In this document: positions 49,241-61,681 of the stretch, one piece after another
Layout: each line of letters begins with the position of its first letter
Position numbering within the stretch: position 1 is the first letter of the stretch
Origin: Neoechinorhynchus agilis
Taxonomy: Eukaryota; Animalia; Acanthocephala
Length of the DNA stretch: 64,000 nt
Reading direction: 5' to 3'
Assembly (NCBI GenBank): GCA_051530055.1
Contig: CM121343.1
Coordinates: 5,240,389-5,304,388, forward strand
Made by a program: the position numbers and the translations under genes
Notes under the pieces: model-generated
The model's database searches: none
What the model saw: the letters and a program-made list of their open reading frames with translations, nothing else
What the model was told of the DNA's origin: nothing

Positions 49241-51065
49241 ATGGCGGCTACCACCATCTGGGTTCTATGCACATTGAGATAGAAAAACATATGTTTTAGT
49301 GACGTCATACTGGAATACAAGTGGGATGGGGCGATTACGAGAAGCGTCCTAGAGGAATATCATCAGCAGCAACAACAGATTAAGGTACACTCACATAATA
49401 ATCAATTAGTCGTGATCGGAAGAAATTAGGACCCAAAGGAAATTTGTCCAATCATTGAAACTCAAAAAAATGTCCTAATAAACACGAATTTTAACGGAGT
49501 ACATTTCGTAGCGGTTTGCGCTAAAGAGCTCAATGTGGCAATGATTTTTACTTCTTTTATCAAATTAAATCAGCGATTTTTTCGAAAAGGCTCCGTCTTT
49601 AAAAATCGTTGATAAACGCGAATTGATCGAGAAATATTTAAACGTCGACGATATTACACCCCAACTCGTGTATGGTAATGTAGCACTCATTTACCAGGTT
49701 ATTAATAATGTTCAACAAAAATTCTTTCGCATGGATTTCGAGAGAAATGTAAATTTAGATAATTGACGAAATGATGATTGGCGGCAAAGTATTCCAGTCG
49801 GATTTTAATGTACTCAAACAAGTGGTTCAGGTCCCAGGGACTCTAGAGAGGCTGGTTAAGATGGTCGGTGCGCCTGAATCCATTGTTCAAATGACGACTG
49901 TTGCCATATTTCGATAAGGAGTTTATGGGTTCGTGAACTCACTTATCTCTTACCGCCCATTGGAAACAATGAAGCAGCAGCAGCACCATGGCGACCGGCC
50001 CAGTGTCCTGAACAACAACAAAACAATGAGCTCTTATTTGACGTAGTTGAGATGGTAAACGCGATAATGGATACAGATGGTACATTTCTTCAAACCGAAG
50101 TGAATGGAAAGATTATATGCAAATGCAATCTTTCTGGAATGCCAAATGTGACTATAAAGTTCTCCAATCCAGAAATCCTATACAATGCCACCTTTCACCA
50201 CTGTGTGAAATTGAGCGAATGGGAGAAATCCGGAACGGTGTTCTTAAAAAACCCTCGTGGAACGTTCACTTTAGCAAATTATTATGTAGACGCGGAAAAA
50301 AGGTAGATAGAATTGAGACACGTTCTTACATTCGAACTTTTCTTCAGGCCGTCAACAATTCAAGTACGGATGAGTGTCCAAATAAACCCGATACGAATAA
50401 AAATAGAGCCAAATAGAGGATTAACGGTGAGATTGTGCTCGCGTCGCTCGACTTACGGGAAAACCGTAGCTGCGGAATCCTCCATATCTTCTTTGCATTG
50501 GCAATGTTTCGTTCATTAACGGCATCTGAAATGGGTTTTAAGGGCATGTTTAGATGCTGTGCACATGATGGATGTTTTCTTCCGTGTTTGATCACATTTT
50601 CGACCGTCATCTAAAAGACGAAGATTTAGATCGATGACGTTTTGGTTGATTTTGACATTGGCTTGGATTTGTCAGGTTCGATGAAGGCGTCGACGGGTAA
50701 GGTGAGTAGTTCAGAGAACCAAGATGGATGGAAGATTTTATGGAAAATCGGAAAGTTGACTAAGACGAGTGCGACACTATCAACCAGGACATATAATCAC
50801 CACCAGCAGCAAATCAGTCCTCGACTTATTCGCTTGCGGTTTTCCAGAAATCAGGACAATTTCACGGGACTTCGTATAAGTCGCGTCGACGTGGCCAAAA
50901 TGGTAGGTATGCAGTTTTTATAGAATACAAACACGCATTCGCACGCATCCATGATCCTTGCATTACATGTACCAGCCGCAGTCGTCGCCCAAACCTTACA
51001 AAGGAGTAAAGTACGTCAGCAAATCCAATCAGCTGGAGTTAAGAATTCTCGGGGCATCCGTTTGA
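49241..51065 (+). CDS. AP3M: Adaptor complex medium subunit, AP-3 mu-like (divergent)
   Basis: Motifs DVILEYKW, IYQIIDEM, PWRP..NNELLFDVVE.VNAIMD, LSGMP, FHHCVKL..WE, P..G.FTLANY and KPYKGVKY. Three junctions lack convincing GT-AG solutions. Confidence 0.82.
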
Positions 51066-52072
51066 CTAAGAGATCCAGGAATTTCTTGATCAATAAAGAT
51101 TCTCAGTCTTTCTGCGTATAGAGAGAATTGCTCAATATCGTTGTGGCCAGCTTCGGGTACCCATAAAGGCCGAGCTGGATTTTTTAAGCATTGAAAGATA
51201 CATGCACCCTGCCTCACATTCACTACTTCGTCCATTTCGCCGTGGATGACTAACGTCAGCGATTGGATCCCATGGACGCGATCAACGCTTCTGAACATAT
51301 CGCAACAACCTAAGCACTTCCTTACCGGAGTTTTCTGCATCCACGGGCAAGCGACGTCCATTCCACTGGTCAGAGCGGAGTGCAGAACGACTCCGGCAAC
51401 ATTTCGACCCATTCTACTAGCTAAGTAGATTGCGGGGACAGTGCCAATGCTCTGACCATAGATTATGATATTCTCAGGTCTGAGATTGTAGGAATTTAGC
51501 AAAGTTTGATAAACGGCCTCAACGTCAGCATAAACATTTCGCTCACTACAGTGACCACTGCTGGCACCGTAGCCAGAATAATCATATCCTAGAATATTAC
51601 AGCCTAGACTCCGTCCTAATTGCATATAGAAGTAAGCCATCACTCCAAGATCGACTGCGTTGCCATGGGAATGGAGGATAGTGAATGTTGCGTTGGGATT
51701 GATATTGACAAACAAGCAGCAGATGTTGTTACGCCGTTTTGTTTTTATAAAGAACGGTTGGAAGATTCTGGGGTCAAGGGTGCGCCCGTTCTTTTGGCGT
51801 AGTTGGTAGTTTTGGCCAGGGTCAGACGTTTGATGGATATCGTAGGTAGGCGGGTTAGGTGGAAGGAATGCCAGTTTGGATGCGACTGCAGACGGCCAAG
51901 GGGGACAGCAGAACAATGAAATCCACTCGAAAATGGAGTGTCGAGCTGGCGGCGCGCCGGTGCTTGGCAGCGAAGTGGTGGTGGTGGTAGTGGTGGTGGT
52001 GGTGGTCGTCGTCGCTGTGGTAGTAACCGCGGACTCGTTAGTGTTGTTGGCATTCGATATACTAGCACGCAT
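51029..52072 (-). CDS. ABHD17: Alpha/beta hydrolase ABHD17 (depalmitoylase), intronless
   Basis: Motifs LFCCPPWPS.VASKLAFLPP, SHGNAVDLG, YDYSGYG, YGQSIGTVP, IHGEMDEVV and AGHNDIE. Confidence 0.95.
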   Translation of the reverse strand: MRASISNANNTNESAVTTTATTTTTTTTTTTTTSLPSTGAPPARHSIFEWISLFCCPPWPSAVASKLAFLPPNPPTYDIHQTSDPGQNYQLRQKNGRTLDPRIFQPFFIKTKRRNNICCLFVNINPNATFTILHSHGNAVDLGVMAYFYMQLGRSLGCNILGYDYSGYGASSGHCSERNVYADVEAVYQTLLNSYNLRPENIIIYGQSIGTVPAIYLASRMGRNVAGVVLHSALTSGMDVACPWMQKTPVRKCLGCCDMFRSVDRVHGIQSLTLVIHGEMDEVVNVRQGACIFQCLKNPARPLWVPEAGHNDIEQFSLYAERLRIFIDQEIPGSLSQTDAPRILNSS

Positions 52073-54112
52073 TCAAGCAAAAGTCCCTAAATCTGAAAAC
52101 GCCGAAAAGAAGACTCCAGTACCAGTTTTAAACGAAAGCTCCCGTATTCGTCATAGATCACAACCAAGTCGATTTTAAAGTGCACGACAGAGCGCCAGAT
52201 CTGACTGCGTCTTGTAAAGACGTTGCACTAAATGAAACGAACACTGGCATAAAAGAAATATCGACTGAACTCCGGTGACCAAAACGGCACCGCCCTAAAC
52301 ACAGCGAGCGGTGTCAATTTCCAAAATGGCGGCGGTGGTGGTGGTGGTGGTGGTGCGATCGTGCGATGATGATGATGGTTGCAGCGGCGTATGTTTATAC
52401 AGCGACAAATGAAAATCTAACAAGGAAGAATGCACGCAAATCAGGATGACCAATGCCCCTAAGTTGTTATATACGGAAGAAATGAAATGATGTGACGTCA
52501 AAAGGTCCCCGCATCAAAAAGGCTTTCAAAATCGCGAATTAATGCTCTCTGTGTCCACTTCCATCGTAAATTTTTGCAAACGTGCATCGGAAAGCGGGTA
52601 AAAATTGTTGGATAGTTTCACCAAAAGTCAAAATGAAAGCGAGAGAGAGAGAAGATGCGAGTTAAATTGAATGCGAAAAGTGCTCGTTATGGTAGCCTGC
52701 ATGCTAATTCGAAAGGTTCCGTCGCGGTTTGAGAGCATCTTTACCGGTTGATAAAGTGGAAGCATAGCCCGTTCACAGATATAATCATGTTTTGGTGATT
52801 CACTAAAAGAGCTCTAATATTGTTCTTATGATTTTGTCCGAACCAATCAGAAATCTACATCGTGGAGATGTGCTACGAACGCAAAATATCTCATCAATAA
52901 GTTTTTCTTTTAGGATTGTCCAATTAAAACAAGGATCCAAGCAAACTAATGATTTTTACCTTGTTTGTTTATAGTTGCGGCGCTGTAAACAAACATAAAT
53001 CAGTTTCAAACGATCTTTGCCTTGCTGATTTGCCATAAAACGGTTAATTGGTGACAGGAAGGGAATTTCCTTGAAGGGAATGACGTGTAGTAATCCAGTA
53101 TGATATACAAATCATGCACCGAAAGAAAAACAAGAGGAAAGATTAATGGGAGCCACTATTTTGGGTGTCCGGATAAGCTCTAAGAATGGTGAATGTCGCA
53201 TAGTTTTACATCGTTTGAGTTTTTACACCCATGGATGAGTATTTTGAAGAGATGCTTTACGATTCGAACTACGAGTTGAATGTGATGCAAAAAGAGTGAA
53301 AATGAACGTCATGGGGAAAGTCCGTAGATTTATGGTCTTCAGCCTTTTCAAATTTTAACCTCGAACTTTTAGTGGTGCTTAGTGCAATAACGCATTTAAG
53401 ACGCAAAAGTGGATTTTCTCCTTCATAAAATTCCGTTGATTCCATGAGCATCTTCATGCGTGTAGTTTTGAGATGTTATAATTTTAATGGATTAAGATCG
53501 AAAGAAGGTTCAAACTAACTTTAAGAAGACATGACATTAAAGTGCTTGACATGAAATGACTAATCTTAATGTCAATGTGTGAGGAGGTAACGGGGAATGT
53601 GATTAGAGAATTATTATGGTTAGAAGTCTTCACTCACGGTAAATATTTTTTCCGAACCTCGTATTTACCGGGTGAAGGCTTCTGAGCAAAGGTCAAGAAC
53701 GGCTTAATTTGATGTTCTTGCGCAATTTAGAGGGAAAAAGGATATCTTCGGCTTTTATCCGTGTGGTGGTGAACATATTCGAAAGAGGAAACCTGATCCG
53801 GGTCATTGCTGATGAAATCTTCTTGATAGGATTAACTAATTAAAATATGAGTTTATTAAACGAGCGAAGTACTAAATTTAAGTTCGCAGCATCAATCACG
53901 AGTCGTTCTCATAATGCTGGACAGCCATGTTTGTCTACGTCCGCTCCACAAAGACATAAAATCGCATGATTGGTTAACAAAAAAGTGTTCAATAAACAAA
54001 ATTATGACGATGACGCAATTCAACGCTTTGTGCGCGTTTTAAGGTCACAACTAAAAGAATTATTGTTTTTGTTGCTTTCAAGAGAGTGCAACAAATAATG
54101 CACGTTTATATC

Positions 54113-55963
54113 TCATAAATCCTTAGCATTTGTGCTGCCGTAGAGATGGTATAATCTGTCAAAGTCTGAGTCAAACACGAACGGAGTGCCACCAATCGAG
54201 TTTACGCGCCCGGTATTACTGCCTGTGCTCAGATTGTTGCTATTGTTGATGTTACAGTTCGATTCTGGAGCTCCCATCACTGGATATTGTGAGCCTTGCA
54301 TTGGTGCCGCTGCGCCGTTCGGATAACTGCTCGATTGTGGCGAACCATTATAATGGAAACCTGCACCGGAAGGATTGCCTGATTCGTAGATATTCGGCGA
54401 TTGATTGGCACTGTGGAAGTTTGAATTATGTGGTGGTGGCGGTGGTGGTGGTGGTGGCGGTTGTCCGTAAGCTCCATAATAGCTATCGGTTGGACTTTCT
54501 ACTTGTGGTTGACCAGGGGGAGCTGCAGGTGGCTGCCCAGTATACCGAAAATATGGATTTTTTAGATCAAGAGTGTTTTTAGACACAATATCCTTTCCTT
54601 TTATCCTCACTTCCATATCAATGTCGTAGCTCTGCCTTGTGTTTGACCTAAGAAGAAAGCTTCCGGTCATCTCCTGACTGGCATTTACCATTATCGGTTT
54701 CGATAGAAGGCATCTGACCTGGTACCAGTGGGTAAGTGGTTGAGAAGGCGAAGTAGAGAGCCATATAGGAGGATCGCTGGGATTTCCACTAGGGAACGTA
54801 ACATCAAACCAAAACGCGACTCCATGGACGATCCCACCATATAAGACATTTCCGAAGTCTGCTTCAATTCTAATCTCATAAAGATCACTCTCTTGAGCTT
54901 TCATAAAATTTACATCATACTTATAAGGCTTACAGAGGCACACTCGAGGGTCAAATGTATCCACGACTGGTTGCCGAAAGTACTCAGAGACGGCTTCATC
55001 TTTAAGTGAACTTAAATCAATTCCATAAAACGAAGTTTGAAGCCAGAAGTTGCTTTTCGAGATCTGCTCTAAATAAAGCGCCTCATCAGTGAATGGGGCA
55101 ATGTAAAGGCTCGCTGCATTTGGAAGCATCTGTCCGTCGGACTTAAGCCACTTCTTGGCATGCAAAAAAGTTTCAAGCATACGCTCATTGAACAAAAGGT
55201 ATCCCATGGGTTCGGAAATTATAACGTCAACTTTCTCAGGAAGATCGATTTCTTCGATTTTCCCACAAATAACTTTAATCTTATTTTCTAGTCCATTGTT
55301 TTTCACGAGCTGATCAGCCTGAACCGCAATTGAACTCGCCTCCACCGCGTACACTTTGGCAGCACCAGCTTGAACGGCAAAGAATGAAAGAATACCGGAT
55401 CCAGCCCCTACATCCAACACAACCTTCCCTGCAATTTTGTTGTAGTTCTCATGTATCGCACGTTGGTATGTTGATGTTCTAATGTAATCTTGCATCATAT
55501 TCTGCTGTTGACTTAGATATCCATAAAATTGAAAATATTGACTAGCGGATGAGTCGTCGGTCCTGCTGTTAAACAGAGATTTTGTTGATTCCTTTATGAC
55601 ACTTTCAGATTTGTCCAAATTAGCTATCAATGCGCAGAATTGGTCGCGAACCTCAGTGGAAACGAATCTGATTAAAAGGGAAGAAAATCGTAAACCATTC
55701 GTTTGGCTTGTTGACAAAATCGCATTTGTCGATCCAACGCGTGCAAAGTCGCATCGAGCAGCCGATAGGTGGATGTTGAAAACTGTTTCACTGTTCGTTT
55801 TTCGGATGCATGTAAACGATGCGTCTCTTTCTGTAGGAAGAACATGCAATGAACATTCACCACACTTTAAATCTGGCTTAAGAGTCAATTCGTTCGACGA
55901 CCGATCTTCGTCTGAAATACCAGTCGCGTCCCAAACTGCCAATGCGTCGAATTTTGTTGTCAT
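54113..55963 (-). CDS. CARM1: Histone-arginine methyltransferase CARM1/PRMT4, intronless
   Basis: Motifs [62 protein letters not shown] and [10 protein letters not shown]. Confidence 0.97.
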   Translation of the reverse strand: MTTKFDALAVWDATGISDEDRSSNELTLKPDLKCGECSLHVLPTERDASFTCIRKTNSETVFNIHLSAARCDFARVGSTNAILSTSQTNGLRFSSLLIRFVSTEVRDQFCALIANLDKSESVIKESTKSLFNSRTDDSSASQYFQFYGYLSQQQNMMQDYIRTSTYQRAIHENYNKIAGKVVLDVGAGSGILSFFAVQAGAAKVYAVEASSIAVQADQLVKNNGLENKIKVICGKIEEIDLPEKVDVIISEPMGYLLFNERMLETFLHAKKWLKSDGQMLPNAASLYIAPFTDEALYLEQISKSNFWLQTSFYGIDLSSLKDEAVSEYFRQPVVDTFDPRVCLCKPYKYDVNFMKAQESDLYEIRIEADFGNVLYGGIVHGVAFWFDVTFPSGNPSDPPIWLSTSPSQPLTHWYQVRCLLSKPIMVNASQEMTGSFLLRSNTRQSYDIDMEVRIKGKDIVSKNTLDLKNPYFRYTGQPPAAPPGQPQVESPTDSYYGAYGQPPPPPPPPPPHNSNFHSANQSPNIYESGNPSGAGFHYNGSPQSSSYPNGAAAPMQGSQYPVMGAPESNCNINNSNNLSTGSNTGRVNSIGGTPFVFDSDFDRLYHLYGSTNAKDL

Positions 55964-56043
55964 TCCGAATTCGGTTCAATGGACGCTCCTATTTCACACG
56001 AACGTGCGTCTGAAAAGGTAGAAAAAGATGAGTAGCTAAAAAA

Positions 56044-58400
56044 CTAAGCGAAACGACGTTTTTGGGGACAAACATTTTTAAAGTTGATCAAATTCGCTCT
56101 AATTTCGTTTCTGCTCAACTCACTCACTACCTCATCACCTATTTCGATTCCGTCATCGCCAGTGTCCGTCGATTCACTCAAAACAGCATCATTTTCAACC
56201 TTATCGGCTACCAAACTGTCGAAATGACCGTATTCATCGGACAGCATCACCTGCCAAGGGTCACGCCAATACATTGATTTTAATTTACTTTTGTAGCAAA
56301 ATCAAATACTTTGGAGAATGTATATCCTTTTTTTTTGAAACAAAGCGAGCTGCAGAGTTGTTTCGAAAAGGTGCAATTAGAGAAGGTTCTCGTATATTCC
56401 GACACAAATTTGTGAATGCAATCTAACATGAACCAAAATTCTCAATTTCACATTAAAATACACTTTTATCTCTTTTTTCTTTAATATAGCGACTAGCCAT
56501 TTTGATAAAAAAAACTCACAGAAACTATAACACCGAGTAAATGGAAGGCTAGAACTGAAAGATTAAGAGAAAATCGCAGTCAAGATTTTAGAAATCAAAC
56601 ATATTAATATGTCGTCTGTGAAATTCCATTGAATTTCAAAGTTACAAATCACGCTCTAATTTTTTTGGCAAAATGCGTGACAAATTTTGTGAACTTATGA
56701 CTTTCACATTAGTGCTAGAAAATCAAAGAGTACTATAAATGGATGTTGAGATTATTCGATTAACTTCTACCTCATAGTTGTTTTAAAAGATGGTAAGTTT
56801 GATTTCCTGTCGCATTTCATCGGGTTTGGGCCACTTAATTTGATTTTAAGTACTTAAGATCCCATGTTTACAACGGCGGATCAGGGAATATTATGGCTCT
56901 CGAAATAAGAAGTCTCACGAACCTTTAAGGAGTTATGGTGTAACTTTAATAACTCTTGAAGCGAGTGGTTCCAGTTGTGTTTTTTTACAATTTCGAACCT
57001 CCATTTCCCAGGATCAATAACTAATGAAAATAAAGCCTTTAGTCTTCTCCAACTCACGAAACTACCATTTAGATCTTTACATTTTATGACAACGCCATGC
57101 ACGAGAACGGCGAGACAACTAATGTTCAAGTAGTTTATGAAAGAAAGTCTTATTCCTGCTCGTTATAACGCCCGAAGCTTCGTAAAGTAGAAAACCAATA
57201 AGATGAATTTCTTGGTTTTAAACTAGTTACAAATAACAATTTACCATTTGATTACCCATTAGAATACCGCGATCACTACATTTAAAGCATTTCCTGATAA
57301 AAGTTAAACTTTAATGAATAATATGCAGATAATTTCCCCCAAAAAATATTAGTTTATCCGCATTATTCGCACAGCGAATCGCGTTTAAATAAATGGTTTC
57401 TAATAATTCTTTGGCATAATGCAAATATCGATTATAGAAATCGATAAATAACCTAATTGCATAGTGAGGAGATAAATTTGAATAGTAGAATTTCATAGAT
57501 GACATTCGCCTTCATGTTCAGTGCTCTTCTTTCGTCCAACAATTACCAATTATTTATAAATCGTTGAATGGCGATTGGCAGAGGCATAGTTTGCTTCACC
57601 GTTAAAAGGCATGCCCTGTTAATTTTTTATTTTAAATTGTTCCGTAGAAGCATAGGAACCTATTGACTGTCATGGGTTTCATCAAAGGCAATTGAAAAAG
57701 TCGAAAATCCACTTCTTTAACATAAAACTGAGTTCCAACTAATTGCGTTTGAATCTCACAAAAAGTAATATCATCAAGATGCTGAAAAATGCTTAGTAAT
57801 TTAACGAGATAGATTGACCACAAAATTGAATTTGAGTTTGTAGGTACTTACAATTTCATCGAATGACGTTTTAGCGAATTGCCGTTACCTATAACTATTC
57901 TCATGTGAGCATTAAAACTTACAAGGGGTCGTTAAATCTTTGATGTCAATCAAATCTCTAACCATTTTTTTGAGACGAACGTACGATAAAGATTCACTAA
58001 AAAAGAACAAAAATATTTTATCCAAATTGTATAGCTACCGATGAAGATACACACGAATATATGGGAGAGATATGAAAAACGGATTGTTGCAGTTCAATGG
58101 GAGACTACTCGTTGAAAAATTTGATTAATCTTTAAAGCGTAGTTTTTTTCAACAGCTCAATTTATATAATTTATAATCTATTTTCATCAGTGTAAACATA
58201 TTGTGAAGTAGGGATCTCATTATGGCTTCCATAAAATACTATGGAATCGATCATGCTCACGTATTTGATGTTTTGACCACCTAGTATGTGGGATTGATAG
58301 ATTGTTTGGATTGAAAACGACTAACCGAACTACGAGGGGATAATCTATTCTAGAGCAGTGGGCCACAAAAAACACAATTGGTCCTTTAACCAAAAGTAGC
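56044..58400 (-). CDS. Probable multi-exon gene of unknown function
   Basis: A series of short minus-strand open frames (57632, 57311, 56881, 56044) ending YWRDPWQ...KRRFA. Exon structure and 5' end not resolved. Confidence 0.3.
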
Positions 58401-58709
58401 TCTTTATCCAGTAAGGATCTTTACACGTTCCTCATAACTGACAAGATGAAAATAACAAAACGAAGATGGAAACATTTACAGGGCGAAGTTAATTAAAATC
58501 GTTGGCTTTATAACAATAATCTGTGGATTAAAAAGTAAAACCAATCAAAAATAAGGATGAAGCATCTAAGTAGTTATACCGCTCCTAAATAAAGTTGGAT
58601 CCATGTCAAAGAATTGCGCCATTGTCAGGGACGAAGCTAGTCGGCTAGTTTTAGTGATCATTCGTCAGTCCACGAACTGTAAGCGGCATAAGTAATCAAT
58701 CCATGTTTG

Positions 58710-59287
58710 CTACAAAAGTTTTACGTTGATATTAGCTTTTTGATGATTTGTAGTGTCTAAATACTGTCTGGTTAGTTTACAGCCTTGAGCACGATAATCT
58801 TCAAGCTCACGATCCTTCGATTTAATGATTTCACTCAACTGTTCCGTGGTTTTCATAGCCAAATTACAAACATGAACGAGAGACTTCAAAACATTAGATG
58901 TTTCATCAATACTTGCTGAACTCCAAGTCCAACCGTTGATACGTAAACAGCATTTCTTGTTGACTTTCAAATCAAATTCAACGACGACGCGTCCATTATT
59001 AATTTCGTTAAGTTTAAAAGTTGATTCGAAGCATTTCAACAGATTATCATCTTTAAATTTTAAGCAGGGAGCTTCCAATAGATTCCTTCTCGTTTTTGGA
59101 ACTTCCCGAATCACACTCTGTCCATCGTGCACTTCTTTAGACGGTCCATCAATGCCGAAGGTGAAGCTTGATATATCTTATATGAATAAGTGTCAAGGAT
59201 TAATATAATCTCGTTTGATGATTTTTTATAAAGCCACGTAAGTTTTGGTGAATTTGCCATTGTTACGTAAAATTGGTTCCATGACAT
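58710..59287 (-). CDS. NHEJ1: XLF/Cernunnos (NHEJ1)-like protein
   Basis: DRLKK|RNLLEAP across a 44-nt GT-AG intron; the C-terminal L..IIKSKDRELEDYRAQG.KL.R.YL.T matches the XLF coiled-coil motif. 3' end approximate. Confidence 0.7.
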
Positions 59288-59529
59288 CTCTAAAAAAAGA
59301 TTAAGGAAAATGTAATTATGGAGCACTTGCAATGGTTTGAGAAAGGTGGACGGCCTTACTTTATACTCGTCGTTTGAGTCATATGAACTAGAGTTCACTG
59401 TCGCACTAAAGCCATGCAAAACACTATTTCCCACGCGTTCAACCTCAAGTCTTTCAAAAAACTCATTCGTGCTCGTCAAACACAAAATAGTCGCAGAGAA
59501 AACGCAGCGTAATATTTCCTGTTCAATGT

Positions 59530-61294
59530 TCAAGCGGACGGCGGCCTATGAGTGATCATCTTCAGATACATGCTCATTGCTAATGCTGAAACTCCTGTGA
59601 AGTGGGATGAACACTGATCTTCAATCATCATGCATCCCAGTTCCGTCGATTGAAATGTCAATATTCGATCAATAAACATGTCGGTATGTGGATGAAAGTG
59701 ACCAATAAGTGAACATACGACGATTTGTTCGGCCAATAAGTCAGCCGCTGCACTATAGGGAATGATTCTGAGCTTTAAGCACCAAAAAATAATTATCCCG
59801 TTCTTAGGTTCGCATTACCGTCTCATTTTTTTAAAAACTACATAAAAGACCTTAAAATCTTCTCATCATAAGCTGGATCAATTCAAAAATGTTTAAACCG
59901 GATTTGGGATCATTGTGAGACTTTTCTTGCATACCACATCGAGTGTTCCATTTTTTTACTGTCATGTCGACAGTGTAGACATCCTTTCACCTTTATGTCG
60001 ACACCTCAGTAGTCACAGTGGAGGAAAAAACAATCATGAATTCAAATGTGAGTAGATTTCGAGCCAAATGGAACATGATACCGATCATTAAAAAATGTTC
60101 AAAAACGTTGAACAAAAATTAAAGGAATTTATCAATTCCGATATTTCGTCGTAAACACCAGGAACTGATAAAAAAACGCGTATAAGATTGTGCCTCGCCG
60201 AAATCAATAAATTCTTTTAACTTTTTAACGCCATATAAAAACAATGCATACTATCGTATTGTAATAATAAAAAAACCCAAGGCTCAGAATTATGCCCACC
60301 TATCGAATCGTACTGAGTCGATTTCCATTTCCGAAAAAACGCATTTACACATTTTCGGAAGAATGTCGGCTACGTCACTCATTTTTAAAACACGAATACC
60401 GACTCCTATCAGAATGAAAAGAATTTGATGCGTCAGAGAATATCCGCACTGCATTGGTCCCAGGACTGCTATTGCGTAACATTGGCGATCCACCGATTGC
60501 TGATCAAGCATCCGTGCTATGCAATCGTCAGATAAGGACTCATTGTATTGAGTGATATTGTGACACTTAACCGGCTCTCGGCTCCATGGAACCACATCAA
60601 ATGAAAACGACACGTTCATCAGTGGAAGAAATCGATTTATATAAACAACTTCATCCGCACTTCTAAAATCTCTACAATCATTTAATCATACTTTTGAACC
60701 AACCAATGGAAAAATGATTGTCTCACGTCGATCATAAAGCGATCCACGAGGCTGTTTAATCTCTCAGCAGTCACATTAAATGCTCCCGATTGTTTTAAGA
60801 TACAAGATGCCAAATGAAAACAAAAAATCCCATCAAAGTCGATTTGAGGAATATGATTCTCGGCATAGTCTACAATACTATCCAGCCTTTTATTGACATT
60901 TGCAACAGTTAGTATAAAAAACGTGAACATCTCATTATCTATGTTATAAATTTTCTTTTTTGGTAGATAACAATTCTTTCGTATGTAATATGACGTCAAA
61001 TTTAATGATTTCAATAGTTTGTATCGAATCGATGATGTTTAGGTTAAATGAAGATAGGAATCGGTACGACCTGCGAAAACTGCATGAAAGTACATTCAAC
61101 TAAATAAAAAATTAGATTAGCCAGTCTAATCGCTCGTACCAAGTCCCGGATTCGGCGACGCTCTCACCAGTGAATAAAATCATAACTGAATTTGTAAAAC
61201 ATTTGAACAACAAATCATTTTCGTCATCGATACCTATGATGTTTGATTTTGCTTCTTCAGCACTTGAAACGATGAGCAATCCCCTTTTCGCCAT
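59530..61294 (-). CDS. UPF0764 / C16orf89-like protein, GT-AG introns
   Basis: SDDCIARML, GYSLTHQILFILIG, EQIVVCSLIG, ILTFQ..LGC and SSHFTGVSALA parallel recalled C16orf89 motifs. Confidence 0.65.
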
Positions 61295-61681
61295 CCATAA
61301 ATTTACCCAAGTTTCCGACTATTCATTGCAATTCTTAGCGAAATTGCTAGAATGATTGGTTCTATTTGACTTGTAGATCAATCAATGAAACGTAAATATG
61401 TCTTGGATTCGAGTTTGGCGATGTTTTCCCCCGGATAGTTGACGGTGCTGATCATTTATTTTAAAATATTTCGTAAGCTTTTTGCTTACTTCTTCAGTTA
61501 TATTGCTTTTGAAGAAAAATTTAGCTTAACCGTAGGTGAGGGAAGGTAAAATAAAGCAGAAGTAAAATTTGTAGAGATCGTGTGAAGGGATTTCTAAATT
61601 TCGGAGGCGTTTTTGGGAGATCATTTCAAATTTGATTGAAATTAAAGACCCAGAATTCTTAGGGAAGTGACTCGTAGGATG

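Noticed and set aside
59090-59145. XLF frameshift as a possible hairpin intron
   Set aside because: A 44-nt gtgcac..acgag canonical intron resolves it, and there is no terminal stem.
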